Assembly: GCA_046314755.1 (NCBI GenBank)
Contig: JBKDBG010000105.1
Coordinates: 1-57,314, forward strand
Source: Bacteroidota bacterium
GTDB lineage: Bacteria > Bacteroidota > Bacteroidia > UKL13-3
Direction: 5' to 3'
DNA length: 57,314 nucleotides
The notes under the pieces are model-generated. The model saw only the letters and a list, made by a program, of their open reading frames with translations. It searched no databases and was not told where the DNA came from. The position numbers and the translations under genes are program-made. This document shows, in pieces, positions 31,655 through 42,258 of the stretch (the first letter of the stretch is position 1; the number at the start of each line of letters is the position of its first letter).

Positions 31655-34375
31655 TTAAAGTTTAAAGGCTTCATCCACTATTTGCTGTTGCTCTTTGGCA
31701 TGCACTTTACTAAATCCGGTAGCCGGTGATGCGCTGGCTTTACGCGAAATCAAGCGCAACTTAAAGTTCTCTTCTCTTCTTAACAGGTAGGTCCAACTGC
31801 CCATGTTTTTAGGCTCTTCCTGTACCCAGCAAAACTCTGCATTTTTGTATTTGGCAAATACTGCATCCATTTCTTTTTCAGGCATTGGATAAAGCTGTTC
31901 AACACGCACAATGGCAACATCTTTTCTGTTTTCTTTTTGTTGGCGTTCCAATAAATCGAAGTACACTTTTCCGGTGCAGAACAATACGCGTTTAACATCT
32001 TTTGCTTTTACCGTTTCATCATCAATCAACTGCTTAAATTCTCCTTGTGTAAAGTCTTCTAATTTGCTCACGCATAAAGGATGACGCAATAAGCTTTTTG
32101 GTGTCATAAATATCAATGGCAAACGCGTTTTGCGATGCAATTGTCTGCGAAGAGCGTGGAAGTAGTTAGCAGGAGTGGTGATATTACAAACCTGAATATT
32201 CCAGTTGGCGCAAAGTTGTAAAAAGCGCTCAAGTCGGGCTGATGAGTGCTCAGGGCCTTGGCCTTCGTAACCATGCGGCAACATCATCACCAAACCACTG
32301 TATGTTTTCCATTTTGCTTCGGCACTGCTGATGTATTGGTCAATAATAATTTGAGCACCATTGGCAAAATCACCAAACTGCGCTTCCCAAATGGTGAGCG
32401 TGTTTGGCGTAACCATGCTAAATCCATATTCAAAACCTAACACGGCATATTCCGAAAGCAAAGAGTTGTAAAATTCAACATTTGCTTTTTTATCATCGCC
32501 AAGTGTCTCAAAAATATTGTAAGAAAGCTCACTGTCTTCTTGCTTAATAATAGCGTGGCGATGAGAAAACGTACCACGTTCCACATCTTGTCCTGTCATG
32601 CGCACCGGGTAACCTTCGTTGGCTAAGGTAGCATAAGCCATTAACTCACCCATAGCCCAATCATAATTGTTGTTTGCAATCATGTTCTTGCGATCTTTAA
32701 ACAGCTTTTCTACTTTGTTAAAAGCTTTAAAATCGGCAGGGATATTGGTAAGTTTATCGGCTAATTGTAAGAATAATTTTTCTTGAACGGCAGTTTTAGG
32801 TTGTGTGTCAAAATCCTTGTCGGTTGCCCCATGAAAACCATCCCAAATATCATGTATGAATGAATTTACAGGTGAGGCCTCAGATGCTTTAGCTGTTTCA
32901 AGTTTTTCTTGCAACATGCCTCTGAATTCTTTCTCCATCTCTTTGGCCAAATCAGCCTCAACACTACCTGCGCTTAATAACTTTTGATTGTAAATTTCAC
33001 GTGGGTTTGGATGACTTGCAATGGCTTTATACAATACGGGTTGAGTAAAACGTGGTTCGTCACCTTCGTTATGCCCGTATTTGCGATAGCCTAACAAATC
33101 AATAAACACATCCGTATTAAACTCTTGGCGATATTCCATTGCGAGTTTAATGGTATGTACTACCGCTTCAACATCATCTGCATTTACGTGAAAAACCGGA
33201 CTCAATGTGGTTTTAGCCACATCAGTACAATAGGTACTTGTACGAGCATCTAAATAATTGGTGGTAAATCCAACCTGGTTATTGGTTACAATATGTACAC
33301 TGCCTCCTACATTGTAGGCTCTTAATCCGGCCATTTGTACCATTTCATAAACAACGCCTTGGCCTGCAACAGAGGCATCACCATGGATTAATATTGGAGT
33401 GATTTTTTTGAAATCACCATGATGTTTTTTATCTAATTTAGCCCTTGTAATTCCTTGCACAACCGGTCCTACAGTTTCCAAGTGCGATGGATTTGGCGAT
33501 AAACTTAAACTTACCTTTTTTCCGCTGGCTGTTGCAATTTCAGTTGCATAACCTAAATGGTATTTCACATCACCTTCAAACAAGGCCTCTTCAAATGCCT
33601 TACCTTCAAACTCTTTAAAAATTTGTTCGTAGGTTTTATTTAAAATATTGGCCAAAACATTTAAACGTCCGCGATGTGCCATGCCAATCACAAATTCTTC
33701 AACACCTAATGCTGCGCCATATTGTATCACTTCATTTAAGGCAGGAATTAAAGTTTCAAGACCTTCTAATGAAAAACGTTTTTGACCCACAAATTTGGTG
33801 TGTAAGAAATTTTCGAACACAACCGCTTGGTTTAGTTTATGAAGGATGTTTCTTTTTTGGTCGATAGATAGTTTAGGCGTGTTGCGTTCGCCTTCCATTT
33901 TTTTCTTGAGCCATTCCACTTTTTTGGGCTCACGTACATACATAAATTCAGCACCAATGCTTTGGCAATAGGTTTGTTCAAGCAAGGCGATAATATCTTT
34001 TAGTTTAGCCGGGCCTAAACCTACATCTACACCGGCACTAAAGGTCTTATCCAAATCATTCGGTTCAAGGCCAAAGTTTTTGATATCAAGCGTTGGCTCG
34101 TATTTTCTTCTTTCTCTAACCGGATTGGTTTTGGTGAATAAATGTCCGCGTGATCGATAACCTTGAATCAGGTTCAACACATTAATTTCTTTTAACGCGT
34201 CTTCGCTAATTTGTGCGCCTTTGCTGCTGCCGTTAAATTTTTGCTGGCCTAATTCAAAGCCTTCAAAAAACTTTTTCCAGCCGTACTCAACGGAGTCTTG
34301 ATTTTGCAAATACTGTTGGTACAAATCATCAATTGCACTTACTTCAGCATTGGAGATATAAGAGAATTTATCCAT
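31655..34375 (-). CDS. sucA: 2-oxoglutarate dehydrogenase E1 component
   Basis: KRFSLEG, GMAHRGRLNVL, GDVKYHLG, NPSHLE, HGDASVAGQG, GQDVERGTFSHRH, WEAQFGDF, HGYEGQGPEHSSARLERF; ATG 34375. Confidence 0.98.
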   Translation of the reverse strand: MDKFSYISNAEVSAIDDLYQQYLQNQDSVEYGWKKFFEGFELGQQKFNGSSKGAQISEDALKEINVLNLIQGYRSRGHLFTKTNPVRERRKYEPTLDIKNFGLEPNDLDKTFSAGVDVGLGPAKLKDIIALLEQTYCQSIGAEFMYVREPKKVEWLKKKMEGERNTPKLSIDQKRNILHKLNQAVVFENFLHTKFVGQKRFSLEGLETLIPALNEVIQYGAALGVEEFVIGMAHRGRLNVLANILNKTYEQIFKEFEGKAFEEALFEGDVKYHLGYATEIATASGKKVSLSLSPNPSHLETVGPVVQGITRAKLDKKHHGDFKKITPILIHGDASVAGQGVVYEMVQMAGLRAYNVGGSVHIVTNNQVGFTTNYLDARTSTYCTDVAKTTLSPVFHVNADDVEAVVHTIKLAMEYRQEFNTDVFIDLLGYRKYGHNEGDEPRFTQPVLYKAIASHPNPREIYNQKLLSAGSVEADLAKEMEKEFRGMLQEKLETAKASEASPVNSFIHDIWDGFHGATDKDFDTQPKTAVQEKLFLQLADKLTNIPADFKAFNKVEKLFKDRKNMIANNNYDWAMGELMAYATLANEGYPVRMTGQDVERGTFSHRHAIIKQEDSELSYNIFETLGDDKKANVEFYNSLLSEYAVLGFEYGFSMVTPNTLTIWEAQFGDFANGAQIIIDQYISSAEAKWKTYSGLVMMLPHGYEGQGPEHSSARLERFLQLCANWNIQVCNITTPANYFHALRRQLHRKTRLPLIFMTPKSLLRHPLCVSKLEDFTQGEFKQLIDDETVKAKDVKRVLFCTGKVYFDLLERQQKENRKDVAIVRVEQLYPMPEKEMDAVFAKYKNAEFCWVQEEPKNMGSWTYLLRREENFKLRLISRKASASPATGFSKVHAKEQQQIVDEAFKL

Positions 34376-34526
34376 GATAAAACGTGTTCCTAAATTCCCT
34401 GCGAAGATAATTTTTAATCTCACACCTCTATCAGGTTCCCCAATGTTATTTTCTGATGAAAATCAGAAAATTAAGTTTTTCTTATGGTAAAAAGCACTAA
34501 TTTTCCCTTTTGATTCTTGCTTACCT

Positions 34527-37500
34527 ATGAGATTTAATCAATACTTATTCATCGTTTTTTTATTAGGGTTTTTGTCAATGAATGCCCAGGTAATTACCAA
34601 TTATTCATTCACTTCAACCACCAATACTTTCACACCAATTTCGAATGGGGTAACACCGGCTTTATCAGGCGGTGATTTTGACGAAGGTTGGTATAACAGT
34701 ATTCCCATTGGGTTTGAGTTTTGGTATATGGGGAATTTGATTTCCAATATTCATGCCTCAACCAACGGATTGTTATCTCTTAATCAAAATGTAAGTGCTT
34801 CGGGTGCGGCAGCTAATAATAACCTGGGGGCGTTTGTTTCCGGGATTCAGCGTCCGTTTATTGCTCCTTTATGGGACAATTTGGATATGGATTCAACTAC
34901 TGGTGCAAGGTTTTCTTATGCCACCACCGGTGTGGCTCCAAATAGGGTGTTTGTTGCTGAATGGTTAAATGCGGAGTGGAATTGGTTTGCAAACTCATCA
35001 ACCATTTCATTTCAAGTGCGCTTATACGAAACCAGCGGTATAGTTGAATTTATTTACCGACAAGAGCCGGGTAGTATTTTCTCACCTTCGGCTTCCATTG
35101 GAATAACCGGTTCAACCACTACCTCTTTTTTGTCATTAAATAATTCCGGGGCTTCCCCATCGGTAAGCAGTAGTGTTGCAACCAATAACATTAATGCTAA
35201 ACCACAAACGGGGCAATCGTATTTATTTACACCGCCTATTCCTGCCGATCCAACTTCGGCCAACATTGGCAATATCGCGCCAACATCCTTCACGGTAACT
35301 TGGACGGCTGTTACCGGAGTTACACGCTATGCGGTATATAAATCAACCGACAATGTAAATTTTGAATTTGCCGGAACATCCGCCACTACTGCATTAAACG
35401 TAAATGCATTAATACCAAGTACAACTTATTACATCAAGGTATTTTCGATTTCAGAAGGTGCGTTAAGTAACAACCCGGCACAAGCCAATGCAACCACCGC
35501 AAGTGGAGCGCTTTCAGGAACCATTCAAGTGCCGAGTGCTTCGTTTGCTACCATTACAAGTGTATTAGATTCTATTAAAGTTGTAGGTATCGGTGGCCAC
35601 ATTATTATTGAATTGCAAAATAATTACACAAGTGTTGGCGAACGTTTTCCAATGTTATTTACAGATACTTTAGGGACCTCGGCTAATGCTACCATTACCA
35701 TTAGGCCTGCAGTTGGAGCCACCGGATTGGAAATTATACCTACAGTTAACTTTTGGTCGACTTTATATTTTAACAAGGGTAAGCATATCATTATTGATGG
35801 ACGACCGGGTGGTGTTGGAAATAACAGAGAATTAACCATACGCACAAGTTCTTCTGCATCTGCCATTGAGTTGCTTGTTGGCGGAAACTCATTTAACACA
35901 TTTACCCATCTCAACTTAAGAGCTTCGGTAGGCGTAAATCAGGTATTTGCTTATTATGAAATGATTAATAATTCCGGATTGCCAAACACAAACAACATAG
36001 TCAGAAATTGCATAATTGGTGATTCTGTAGCCACCTCTATTTATCCGATTTATGCTACTTCAAACTTTGTGAATGGAGCAGCCAACAATACGTTTGAAAA
36101 TAATTATATCATCAATGCTTCAGCCAACAGTACAATTAACTATGGCATGTTTTTTAACTCGAATGCAGCGCATACTTGGTATATTAGAGGCAACCATATC
36201 TTTAGTATTAATTCATTGGGGGGGGTGTCTACTTCTTATACTTTTACAGGCATACAACTTAATACCGGTAATTATTATGTAAACAATAATTTTATTGGAG
36301 GAACAGATACTGCTTGCGGAGGTTTTCCATTAGAGGTGGGTCCGGCTTCTGCTAATAATAACTTTTTTGGAATTAGCTATATAGGAGGATCTGGGCAGTT
36401 TGCCAGTATTCAAGGAAATAAAATTGCAAATGTTTTTTGGCCAGGGGTATCCTTAACCCCGTGGATTGGGATTAATACGGCAGGTGGTGCAGCGGTTTAC
36501 ATTGGCGATACTTTAGCAAATACCATAGGAGAACCTAGTGCTTCAACACCATCAGTTTATGTACTGTCTCAAACAACCAATAATCCGGTGGCAATTGGCA
36601 TTAGAACAAACACTTCCGGATTAACAAGGGTTTCTAAAAATGTAATTTCAGGCATACAAGCCACCGGTGTGAACTCATCATTCCCTTGTTCTTTTGTGGG
36701 TATTCAATCCAACAATAGTAACAACGTTGAAATTAGCAATAATACTGTTGGAAGCACACAATTTATTAATGCAATCAGATCCGCATCAACCAATAGCACA
36801 CAGGCTCAATTTGTTAGTGGTATTCAAGTGAATTTTACCGGAACAGGAGTGTTAAATGTATTAAATAATACCATTGCTAATTTATCGAATGCCGGCACTT
36901 CCACGTCAACGCAGAACTACACAAATGGTATAGCCATTAATTCAAATGCAAATGTGTTAGTAAACAACAATACAATAAGCAGATTATTTAATGCAGGAGG
37001 TAATCCCAGCGGAAATGGACTAACAGCAATTTCAGGAATTTATTATACTTCTTCAAGTGGATTTGCAAATATTAGCAACAATGAAGTTCATACATTAAAA
37101 GCCGCCTCTATTAGTGCGCCAAATTATGTATATGGCATAAATGTGGCTTCTACAAGTGGAACCACAACCATTGTAAATGCCAATAGAATTCACAGCATGG
37201 CTGTGGCTTCTAACTCCTTGTTGGCTTCAATAGTAGGCATTAACGTACAAGATGGAAACCAAAATATCACCAATAATATGATTCGTTTAGGCATTGATGA
37301 AAATGGAGCTCCATTAACGGGCAGCAATGTTTACATTGGTATCCATAAAGTTAGCAGTTACAGTGTTTTGGTGTATCATAACTCAGTTTATATTGGTGGT
37401 ACAGTGGCGGGTACAAATTTGATTTCGACTTACGCATTTAAAAAGACCATTGATGGTTATGATGATATCAGGAATAATATTTTTAGCAATGTAAGAACAA

Positions 37501-38423
37501 ATGCCTCAACAGGAGGAAGACATTTTGCCATGGGATTTAATTCTGTAAATAATGTTATCTCAAATGGTAATTTGGTTTTTGCTCCCGGTAATAACGGCAG
37601 GCTTTATCAATTGGTAAACACCGATTACAACTCAAGATGGGCATGGTATACCGCCACTAATTTAGATGATAAAAGTGACAGTGCAGATGCAGCTTTTATC
37701 AATCCTATAGGAACGGCCTCAACGGTTGATTTACATATTAATCCGGGTACACCAACAAAGGTTGAGGCCAACGGTATTGCTACGCCTGTTACTGTTGATT
37801 TTGACGGGCAAACGCGAAGTAACTTTACACCTGTTGATATTGGTGCTGATGCAGGCAATTTTTTAAGAGTACCGATTTTGATTTTGCCTGTTGAATTCGT
37901 TCAACTATCGGGCAAAAAATTAAATGATGATGCCCAAATTGATTGGACAATTAATGGAGCCAAAAATGTATTTGCATATGAAGTTGAACGCAGTAATGAT
38001 GGTGTTCATTTTTCAACTGTGTATGTCATGCGTCATTCTTCAGGTTCTTCCAACCAGCGGTTTTCTTTTGTTGATTATGGTGTGTTTATGGATCAACACA
38101 CGGTGCACTATCGCATTAAAATAGTTGATTTTGATGCAAGAATATCTTACTCGGTAATTGTTACTTTAACCAAGGATGAACAAGCCGAAATTAAGTTATG
38201 GCCGAATCCTGCCCAAACCAATATTCAATTACAAATTCCTGCACATTTGTTAAACGCAAATTTGGTTTTAACAGATGTAACCGGCCGAATCCATTACAGT
38301 AACAATGCTTTGAAAAACCTACAAACGATTGATGTGGCAGATTTAAATGCAGGGATTTATCTATTGCAGTTGATGGATGGTAATGGCGTAAAGTATTCGC
38401 AACGAATAGTGATTCATCATTAA
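34527..38423 (+). CDS. Large T9SS (type A CTD) secreted protein with FN3 domain and parallel beta-helix repeats
   Basis: Signal peptide; FN3-like SFTVTW...LIPSTTYYIKVFS; repeated I.NN.I strands; LPVEF...YEVERS.DG..F; CTD LWPNPA...GIYLLQL. Confidence 0.85.
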   Translation: MRFNQYLFIVFLLGFLSMNAQVITNYSFTSTTNTFTPISNGVTPALSGGDFDEGWYNSIPIGFEFWYMGNLISNIHASTNGLLSLNQNVSASGAAANNNLGAFVSGIQRPFIAPLWDNLDMDSTTGARFSYATTGVAPNRVFVAEWLNAEWNWFANSSTISFQVRLYETSGIVEFIYRQEPGSIFSPSASIGITGSTTTSFLSLNNSGASPSVSSSVATNNINAKPQTGQSYLFTPPIPADPTSANIGNIAPTSFTVTWTAVTGVTRYAVYKSTDNVNFEFAGTSATTALNVNALIPSTTYYIKVFSISEGALSNNPAQANATTASGALSGTIQVPSASFATITSVLDSIKVVGIGGHIIIELQNNYTSVGERFPMLFTDTLGTSANATITIRPAVGATGLEIIPTVNFWSTLYFNKGKHIIIDGRPGGVGNNRELTIRTSSSASAIELLVGGNSFNTFTHLNLRASVGVNQVFAYYEMINNSGLPNTNNIVRNCIIGDSVATSIYPIYATSNFVNGAANNTFENNYIINASANSTINYGMFFNSNAAHTWYIRGNHIFSINSLGGVSTSYTFTGIQLNTGNYYVNNNFIGGTDTACGGFPLEVGPASANNNFFGISYIGGSGQFASIQGNKIANVFWPGVSLTPWIGINTAGGAAVYIGDTLANTIGEPSASTPSVYVLSQTTNNPVAIGIRTNTSGLTRVSKNVISGIQATGVNSSFPCSFVGIQSNNSNNVEISNNTVGSTQFINAIRSASTNSTQAQFVSGIQVNFTGTGVLNVLNNTIANLSNAGTSTSTQNYTNGIAINSNANVLVNNNTISRLFNAGGNPSGNGLTAISGIYYTSSSGFANISNNEVHTLKAASISAPNYVYGINVASTSGTTTIVNANRIHSMAVASNSLLASIVGINVQDGNQNITNNMIRLGIDENGAPLTGSNVYIGIHKVSSYSVLVYHNSVYIGGTVAGTNLISTYAFKKTIDGYDDIRNNIFSNVRTNASTGGRHFAMGFNSVNNVISNGNLVFAPGNNGRLYQLVNTDYNSRWAWYTATNLDDKSDSADAAFINPIGTASTVDLHINPGTPTKVEANGIATPVTVDFDGQTRSNFTPVDIGADAGNFLRVPILILPVEFVQLSGKKLNDDAQIDWTINGAKNVFAYEVERSNDGVHFSTVYVMRHSSGSSNQRFSFVDYGVFMDQHTVHYRIKIVDFDARISYSVIVTLTKDEQAEIKLWPNPAQTNIQLQIPAHLLNANLVLTDVTGRIHYSNNALKNLQTIDVADLNAGIYLLQLMDGNGVKYSQRIVIHH

Positions 38424-38432
38424 CTTTAATTA

Positions 38433-39341
38433 TTATTTCCAGCCGCAATGCTTTTGTAAATAGGAAATCGCTTCTGCATATCCTAATTCGGCAGCTAAAG
38501 TTAGTTGATGGCAACCTTGCACTTTTTCATCCATGCTTAAATAGGCAAGTCCTTTTTTGAAAACGGCAAGTTCAAAATTTGGGTGTGCCTCCAAGCATTG
38601 ATTATATTGCTCAACAGCATCGGCATATCTTTTCATGCCATAGTAGGTTTCACCTAAACCAAATAAGCCTGTTTTGTTTTTGGCATCATGAGTCAACATT
38701 CGCTTAAACATTTGTTCTGCTTCCTTGTATCTTTTCAAACCAATTAAACACATGCCTCTATTCAATATTAATTCATTATTGTATTGCTGAATTCTTAAAC
38801 AACTATCGGTATCGGCAAGGGCACCGATATAATTCGATAATTTCAATCTGGATTCACTCCTTAAAAATAGTGCGTTGTAATCACTTGAATCTATTTTTAA
38901 AGCCTTGTTGGCATACTTTTCTGCCTCACTAAACTTTTGTGCTTTGTAACAAGCAATTCCTGCACCATACCAATACATAATTTCATTGGGATAATCGTTC
39001 GCTAATTCTTTCCAATATTTTTCGGCTCCGTAATAATCATTTGAAAGGTAGGTTGATCGGGCCCGATTAATTCTTGCAATTTCTTTGTACTTAATTTGAG
39101 GAATCAGCAATTGATAATATTCTAACGCATTGCTGTATAAGCTTAACTCACGGTAGCTCTCTGCTAATAACCACAAGGCTTGGGTATCATTGGTAAGCTC
39201 ATGGATGTTTGGCTCTAATCGTAGAATTACCTTATCAAATTTCCCTTCCTTATAGTATTGTTCACCTTGCAGTACAAGTTGGTTTGTTTGACCCAACGCC
39301 ATTAAAGAAGTGCTTAACATCAATACAATAAGAAGCCTCAT
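38433..39341 (-). CDS. Exported tetratricopeptide repeat protein
   Basis: Signal peptide, tandem TPRs, C-terminal GC..L..A.ELGY.EA. Confidence 0.85.
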   Translation of the reverse strand: MRLLIVLMLSTSLMALGQTNQLVLQGEQYYKEGKFDKVILRLEPNIHELTNDTQALWLLAESYRELSLYSNALEYYQLLIPQIKYKEIARINRARSTYLSNDYYGAEKYWKELANDYPNEIMYWYGAGIACYKAQKFSEAEKYANKALKIDSSDYNALFLRSESRLKLSNYIGALADTDSCLRIQQYNNELILNRGMCLIGLKRYKEAEQMFKRMLTHDAKNKTGLFGLGETYYGMKRYADAVEQYNQCLEAHPNFELAVFKKGLAYLSMDEKVQGCHQLTLAAELGYAEAISYLQKHCGWK

Positions 39342-39350
39342 GATTAAATA

Positions 39351-41378
39351 CTAAATTGGTTTTGGAAGACTTACGCTAAACGTACTACCTTGCCCTTGAA
39401 TGCTCTCCACATGAATTTGTCCGTTATTTTTTAAAACAAATTCTTTACACAACATCAAGCCAAGTCCCGTTCCTTTTTCATTGCCTGTTCCTAAGGTACT
39501 TGGGTTTTGTGTTTTGGTAAATAACTTCTCTAAACTTTCTTTTCCTATGCCTACTCCGGAGTCGGTTACATGCACTGTAACATGTGTTGGATTTTCTTCG
39601 GTATGTATGGTTACATTGCCTCCTGTATTGGTGAATTTTATTGCATTGGCCAACAGGTTTCTCACTACCAAATGAAACATATCTTCATCAGCAAATACAT
39701 ATAAATCCTCATCGGTGATATTTTCTAAACGGATATTTTTTTGATGTGCCGAACCATTTAGCAGGTTTACATTTTTTTGAACAATATCACTCACTTGCAA
39801 TACTTTTGGATTGAAGTCAATTCCTTTAATTTGTGCTTTGGCCCAAACCAATAAATTTTCCAATAAATCAATGGTGTTTTCAACGGACGAAGAAATTTGT
39901 TTTGTCAATTCTTCATGATTGGTTTCCGGCTTATAAGTTTTGTTGCTGATCAGGTCAAAATACAGCTTCATGGTAGTTAATGAGTTGCGCAAGTCGTGCG
40001 AAATAATAGAGAAAAAGCGGTCCTTTATTTGATTAAGTTGTCCAAGTTCTTCTTTTTGTTTGATAATTTCTTCCGTTGTTTTTTCTAACTCAACTTTTTG
40101 CTGTTGTAAATGTTTGGCAAATTTTCGGTTTTGGTTGTAAAAGTAAAAAACCACAATCAAACCAATTGTTAAAATGATACTGAAATAAATAAAACGTTTA
40201 CGTGTGATTCTTTCGTTGGTTAATTCAATTTCTAAAAGTTCTTGCTCTTTTTGTTGAAGTTCAAGTTGTTGTTGTTTTTTTTCGCTTTCATACCTTAACT
40301 GCAAATCGGCCAGTTGTTTAAGCGTGCTATCGTTATAAAGCGAGTCCTTTAATTCTTTACTCAAGTTTTGAAAAGTAATTGCTTTTTCGGGATCGCTCTT
40401 TTTTTTGTACAACCTGCTTAATATATCATACGAGAGTTCGAGTTCAATTTTTAGATTAGAGGCTTGCGCAATTTCTTTTGCTTGTTTCGCGGCATCAATG
40501 GCATACTCATACAGCTTATTGGTTTCGTAACTCACAGCTAATGCATTCAATGCCGATGCTTGCAGTGGAAGCATCTTTAATTCTTTTGATAGTTGTAAAC
40601 TGTTGCGGTAATAGGAAATTGCCTTATCGGTATTGCCGGATTGTTGTTGAATATTGCCCAGTTGAATTAAGATGGAAGCTTCACCCGCCCTGTTATTTAA
40701 TTCTTTGTAAAGCTTAAGCGATTTGTTGAGGTAATCATTTGCTTTTACGTAATCTTTTTGAAGTAAATATAAGTTTCCTATTTGATCATACCCCATCAAT
40801 GTTTTGAACTTATTTGCAGATTGTTCGTAAACTTGAACAGCCTTTAAATTATACTCCAATGACTTGCTAAAATTATTTTGTTTGAGATAAATACTAGCTA
40901 GCCCCGAATAAACACTTAAAATATTACTTTTGTCATTGCTGCTTTCGTAATAACGTAAGGCTTGTAAGTATTGGTTTAACGATTCGCTTAAGTTTCCTGT
41001 AATAAAATAAACTGCACCTAATGCTGACTTAGCCTCTGCTTCTTGTTTTGGTAAATCGGCAGTTTGAGCTTGTTCTAGTTCACTTTTATATGCTTGTAAT
41101 GCTTTTGATGAATTACCTGTTCTAAAATACAGGTTTCCCAAAAAATGAAGGGCCTTTGTTTTTTGAATAGGACTTAAAGCTGCATCTACAGCTTGGTTTG
41201 AATACTCAATGGCTCTGGCCGGGTTGTTGCTGTTTAATTGTGCTAAGCGTAAATAGGTTTCGGTAGCCTGTTGCGGATAATTTTGTGTAGCCTGCAATAA
41301 ACTGTCGGCAAGCTGTTGGCCTTGCGCAAGCAGATGATAACAACTGAACCATACAAACAGATAATACCGGATATTCAC
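39351..41378 (-). CDS. TPR-sensor histidine kinase
   Basis: Periplasmic TPRs, one TM, FSIISHDLR (H-box), NLLANAIKF, DSGVGI, GTGLGL. Confidence 0.93.
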   Translation of the reverse strand: MNIRYYLFVWFSCYHLLAQGQQLADSLLQATQNYPQQATETYLRLAQLNSNNPARAIEYSNQAVDAALSPIQKTKALHFLGNLYFRTGNSSKALQAYKSELEQAQTADLPKQEAEAKSALGAVYFITGNLSESLNQYLQALRYYESSNDKSNILSVYSGLASIYLKQNNFSKSLEYNLKAVQVYEQSANKFKTLMGYDQIGNLYLLQKDYVKANDYLNKSLKLYKELNNRAGEASILIQLGNIQQQSGNTDKAISYYRNSLQLSKELKMLPLQASALNALAVSYETNKLYEYAIDAAKQAKEIAQASNLKIELELSYDILSRLYKKKSDPEKAITFQNLSKELKDSLYNDSTLKQLADLQLRYESEKKQQQLELQQKEQELLEIELTNERITRKRFIYFSIILTIGLIVVFYFYNQNRKFAKHLQQQKVELEKTTEEIIKQKEELGQLNQIKDRFFSIISHDLRNSLTTMKLYFDLISNKTYKPETNHEELTKQISSSVENTIDLLENLLVWAKAQIKGIDFNPKVLQVSDIVQKNVNLLNGSAHQKNIRLENITDEDLYVFADEDMFHLVVRNLLANAIKFTNTGGNVTIHTEENPTHVTVHVTDSGVGIGKESLEKLFTKTQNPSTLGTGNEKGTGLGLMLCKEFVLKNNGQIHVESIQGQGSTFSVSLPKPI

Positions 41379-42083
41379 TTAAGCAGTAATATTTTCTGCT
41401 AATTTAAAGCCTGAACCGTGAATATTTACTATTTGTAATGAAAGATCTTCTTTAATTAACTTCCTTAATTTGTTAATGTATACATCTAAATTTCGTGCAG
41501 TATAGTAATCATCGCGCCCCCAGACAGCCAAAAGTATACTATTTCTGCTGAGTAAATTATTTTTATTGCTGATAAACAATTTTAGAAGTTGGCCTTCAGT
41601 GGTGCTAATTCTTTTCTCCTCTTGGTTTACAAACAACTTATGATTCGTAAAATCTAATTTAACGTTACCAACCTCATATGTCTCATCTTCACTCACTAAA
41701 GGCACTTGCGCATATTGCGTGCGCTTTAAAATGGCTTTCATCCTGGCTACTAACTCCTCCATGCTAAACGGTTTGGTGATGTATTCGTCTCCACCAAACT
41801 CAAAACCTTTTATCTTATCATCTTGCGATGCATTAGCAGTTAAAAATATGATAGGAACAACCGGATTTTTTTCTCTAATGTTTTTGGCTAAATCAAATCC
41901 GTTCATTTTAGGCATGTTCACATCTAAAATACATAAATCAAACCGTTCTGTTTTAAATGTATTCCATCCTTCTTCTCCGTCTTTACACAATTTTACGGTA
42001 TAGCCTTTGCCTTTAAGGTTTTCTTTTAGCAACAAACCTAAAGCTTGCTCGTCTTCTACAATTAATAGGTGTGCGTTTTCCAT
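41379..42083 (-). CDS. OmpR/PhoB-family response regulator
   Basis: LIVEDE, LDVNMP, IIFLTA, YITKPF, VWG..D..RNLDVYINKLRK, HGSGFKL; TAACTTTG box at 42113-42120. Confidence 0.95.
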   Translation of the reverse strand: MENAHLLIVEDEQALGLLLKENLKGKGYTVKLCKDGEEGWNTFKTERFDLCILDVNMPKMNGFDLAKNIREKNPVVPIIFLTANASQDDKIKGFEFGGDEYITKPFSMEELVARMKAILKRTQYAQVPLVSEDETYEVGNVKLDFTNHKLFVNQEEKRISTTEGQLLKLFISNKNNLLSRNSILLAVWGRDDYYTARNLDVYINKLRKLIKEDLSLQIVNIHGSGFKLAENITA

Positions 42084-42258
42084 GGTTGTAAACATTAATG
42101 ATATGAGTAAAACAAAGTTATCCTAAAGCAAGTACCTCTCCAACCAAAACACTTCCTATTCATTGCTGTTTATATCTCATACCGGCATTATCATCAATAA
42201 TAACAAGTAATTAAGCGGATTAATAAAATTTTCTTAAATATTGCACAAACGATTTATC

